Assembly (NCBI RefSeq): GCF_963506605.1 | Contig: NC_083283.1 | Coordinates: 71,052,001-71,116,000 of the forward strand | DNA: 64,000 nucleotides | Reading direction: 5' to 3' | Source of the DNA: Zootoca vivipara | Taxonomy: Eukaryota | Made by a program: the position numbers and the translations under genes | Part shown: positions 60,831 to 64,000 of the stretch, in pieces | How positions within the stretch are numbered: position 1 is the first letter of the stretch | How the letters are laid out: each line of letters starts with the position of its first letter | Notes under the pieces: model-generated | Told to the model about the DNA's origin: nothing | What the model saw: the letters and a program-made list of their open reading frames with translations, nothing else | The model's database searches: none

Positions 60831-62245
60831 AGCTAAGAGGAACATCCACATTCAGGATAAATACCTTGTTACAGGCCACCCCAATCTCTGCCAAGCAGTA
60901 GCCATATTTTAGGGGTCTTGGCACTTAACCTGGGTTTGTGTTTCTGAGGCACAGAGGAGACTGTAGTGTCTTTATGAAATATGGTTTATTTTTACACATA
61001 TTTACTACCTGAGGTTTGCTGGAGGGCATGGAGAACATTACACCCCAAGAGTGCCTCTCGTTGCTCCTCTCATAGCTTCAGCAAACTTGGTTCCAAACAC
61101 CCTCTGTTACCCCTGGCAACTTCGCCCTCTCAATTCTTCTGTTACTGTCCACTTCTCAGCTGGGAAGAAGGATGACATCTGCACGGTCAAGTGTTCTTAA
61201 TGGCCCGGTGCTTAGCTGCCTTTGGGTTCTTAATGGCATCACTGTCAGCAATCTTCCGAACAGAAGAATTGGTTCAACCTGCATTTTTCATCGGCCTGGC
61301 ATCTTCCCTTCATAATCTAAATATTTGCCAAATTCTACCCTTCACTAAATTTAGGGGAGTCTTGCCCCCTTGCAAATGCATAGCAACATCTTCGTTGCTA
61401 AAGCAATAAATAATGAATCCTCACACCCTTTCTGTGAGTTTCCAGAAGTATTGCAGTAAAAAACACACAAAAAAACACAGATTGACCTTCTTGCTTTGAT
61501 TCAGCCAAGGAATTTCATATGTTCTCATTTTATCTATTCTGGAAGTCAAGGGTCAGGATTACAAATCCCCCACAATGTTTCTTTGTAGGTTTCTAGCAAT
61601 GGTTGCACGTAGATTAATATTGTTATAGATTTAAGGGTGGGGGGAATGCCCCTGAACCCCATACTTTCCAGGGTTTCAATTAATTGGGATATGGATTAAA
61701 GTGCAGAACTGTGCCAGATAGGGAATTCCTGGGCTGGCTTATGCAAACCAGCCTGCCTGGCTGGCTGAAGAGCAAACTTTATACATGACAAAAGGTGTTG
61801 ATGGTCCACTGGAGAGTGAGATGTTACCAAGGGGATGGGGTGTATGTTTGAGGGGACAGGAAAAGGGTTCCTGGGAAGAAGAAGCAGGAAGAAGAGTTGA
61901 GATCCATCTTTAGGGAGGGCTGGCTGTAGGCGGCTTGCACTACTGCCTTTTGAAATGACCATGCCATGAGATCTGGACTCCCTCCATGCAGACTGAAGGT
62001 GTAAATAGGCAAATAAACCACATTTCTTAAAAGCACAGCAGTCTCTGCCACACATTCAATTCTCCAAAGAAAGACAGACCCTTTGTGAGTGCATGGCTGG
62101 GCTCTTGCCACCGCTTGGCAGAGAGAGAGGGGCAGGCACCTGACTTTTGAAACAATATGTTCCAATATTCATAGATTTGGTATAAAAACACAACACAACA
62201 ATGGTGTGTTGATTTGATACAGGATGCCAAATACATCGTAGAGTA

Positions 62246-62487
62246 CATTGGTACCTTGGTTTTCGAACGTCTCAGTTGACGAACATTTCAGTTTTCGAAT
62301 GCCATAAACCCAGAAGTAAATGATTCGGTTTTCGAACACGCCTCAGAAGTTTAATATGCCATACAGCTTCCACTAAGTGCAAGATCCTGAGGCCTAGCTG
62401 TTGGCTATTGAGTTTTTGGGTTTTGAACGGTTCAGAACTCGAACGGTCTTCTGGAATGGATTACGTTTGAAAACCGAGGTACCACTG
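62246..62487. mobile_element. Tigger/pogo-like MITE ~130 nt upstream of the last exon
   Basis: TA|CATTGGTACCTTGGTTTTCGAACG ... CGTTTGAAAACCGAGGTACCACTG|TA. Confidence 0.82.
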
Positions 62488-62615
62488 TATACCCAAATCT
62501 TGCAACAAGCTGGTAAAAAATTGTAATAATAATAATAAAGATGGACACAACAGATATGTTTGTTAGTATCGCAAATTGGAATTCCTTCTTAATGGTGTTC
62601 TTTCTTTTTTCCAAG

Positions 62616-63109
62616 TTATAGTGGTGTTGTTTGCTGCACTAAAGAGGCAGCGAAAGAAAGAGCCTCTGATCTTGTCTAAAGAAGATATCAGAGACAACAT
62701 TGTCAGTTATAATGATGAAGGTGGTGGAGAAGAAGACACACAGGCTTTTGATATTGGCACACTGCGGAATCCCGCGGCTATCGAAGATAAGAAGCTACGC
62801 CGAGATATCATCCCGGAAACATTATTTATACCACGGAGGACTCCTTCTGCCCCAGATAACACAGATGTCCGGGATTTCATTAACCAAAGGTTGAAAGAGC
62901 ATGATAATGACCCCTCTGCGCCACCGTACGATTCCCTGGCAACTTACGCCTATGAAGGAAATGATTCTATAGCTGAATCCTTGAGTTCTTTAGAGTCTGG
63001 TACTACTGAGGGAGACCAAAACTATGATTACCTCAAGGAATGGGGGCCTCGGTTTAATAAGCTTGCTGAGATGTATGGTGGAGGCGAAAGCGATAAAGAC
63101 ACTTCCTAA
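62616..63109 (+). CDS. CDH10: Cadherin-10 last coding exon (TM end and cytoplasmic domain), stop TAA 63107-63109
   Basis: ttttccaag|TT ATA GTG; [18 protein letters not shown]...[15 protein letters not shown] (p120 site)...[13 protein letters not shown]...SLSSL...[27 protein letters not shown]. Confidence 0.97.
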
Positions 63110-63383
63110 CCGACCGTAGGATATACAGTTTTTGTTCATTTGAAAGGAAGTAACTTTACAGACACCTTCTCCACGTGACAATATTTGATGTTCAGGAACG
63201 TTTTCCTGCCACTCAGCACAATGGGTTTCCCCCCCTTTCCTTTCTTTCTTGTTTCCTTTCGAATTTGCTCATTAATGTCCTTTATTCTTTCTTGTAGAAT
63301 GTCACATGGAATATATACAACATTTTATTTAACCCCTTTCCAAAAGCCAAAGCTATTGAAATTCAGTGTGGTCCAATTTATGA

Positions 63384-63389
63384 AATAAA
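63384..63389 (+). promoter_or_regulatory. Candidate polyadenylation signal AATAAA in the CDH10 3' UTR (second candidate at 63731-63736)
   Basis: AATAAA 275 nt after the stop, followed by T/GT-rich sequence; usage not shown. Confidence 0.4.
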
Positions 63390-64000
63390 GGATACACTAC
63401 CTTTGTGCAGGTTTATAATCTCCCGAGCAACCATAGATTTGAGTTGCTTTTGTTAAATACATGTTCTACACTTGCAAATATAGCTTTTTTAAAAGACCCA
63501 GACTGTGATCCACAGAGGGTCATGAATGCACGTTCCACATGCACTCCTATGTTTCTCCTTAGAAATTTATTTCTTTTTCAGGAACTGCCCACACAAGACC
63601 CCGGAGAGCTTTCCAAAATCTTGCATAGAGAGCATTCTCCCCAAAATCTGCATGCCTAGAAAATATTTTTTTTCTGTCACAAAAAATTACTGCTCTGACA
63701 GCCCAGTGTGCAAAACCCATCAGATTTTCCAATAAATTCTTTGAATTTTGCTATAGGTAAAATTTCAGTGGCAGTTCTAGTTTGTGGGTTCTGTTTGTGC
63801 AATTTCTGAAAAAGAAAGTGGAAAATAATTAAAATTAATGCACAGAACCTCTGTGCACTTCTTTTTAGAAATTGTGGCCCCAGAAGAAGAAGAAAACGTA
63901 TGCCCCTATTCTGTACATTACAAATTTCCCTGAAAATATACACGTGGTGTTAATGTGATATGCAGCTGGTTTAAAAAAAAAAACTTTGTGCAACTTCATT

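Noticed and set aside
62614-62621. Alternative in-frame acceptor 6 nt downstream in the last exon
   Set aside because: The first AG has the strong pyrimidine tract and gives the expected TM sequence; no evidence the second is used
23142-63109. Alternative identity as CDH6, CDH7, CDH9 or CDH12
   Set aside because: Peptides such as [41 protein letters not shown] and [22 protein letters not shown] match CDH10 as recalled; BLASTP would confirm

Overview
Vertebrate genomic DNA, most likely from a lacertid lizard (inferred from Sauria SINEs, young BovB LINEs and tRNA-Lys/CR1-tail SINEs). The window holds the 3' ten coding exons of a type II classical cadherin that I recognise as cadherin-10 (CDH10, + strand, 23142-63109). 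All splice sites are GT-AG with consistent phases. The exons total 2139 nt (712 aa plus stop) and cover EC1-EC5, the TM helix and the catenin-binding tail. I did not find the first coding exon (signal, prodomain, W-x-W strand), which probably lies upstream. The rest is intron filled with transposable elements (BovB, another RTE, CR1, L2, L1, Penelope, Sauria SINEs, Tigger-like and hAT MITEs, LTR relics), microsatellites and one 151-nt N gap. Nearly all other ORFs in the track are spurious or TE-derived. The most interesting signals are: two minimal hammerhead ribozyme motifs in Penelope fragments (antisense); a BovB insertion with an inverted 5' segment inside one target-site duplication; near-identical inverted BovB copies around an in-frame exon block (a circRNA/editing prediction); a cluster of four perfect POU octamers; and a duplicated CTCF-like motif. 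I found no convincing wholly new multi-gene system. TE family names and comparisons with human CDH10 are from memory, not from searches.
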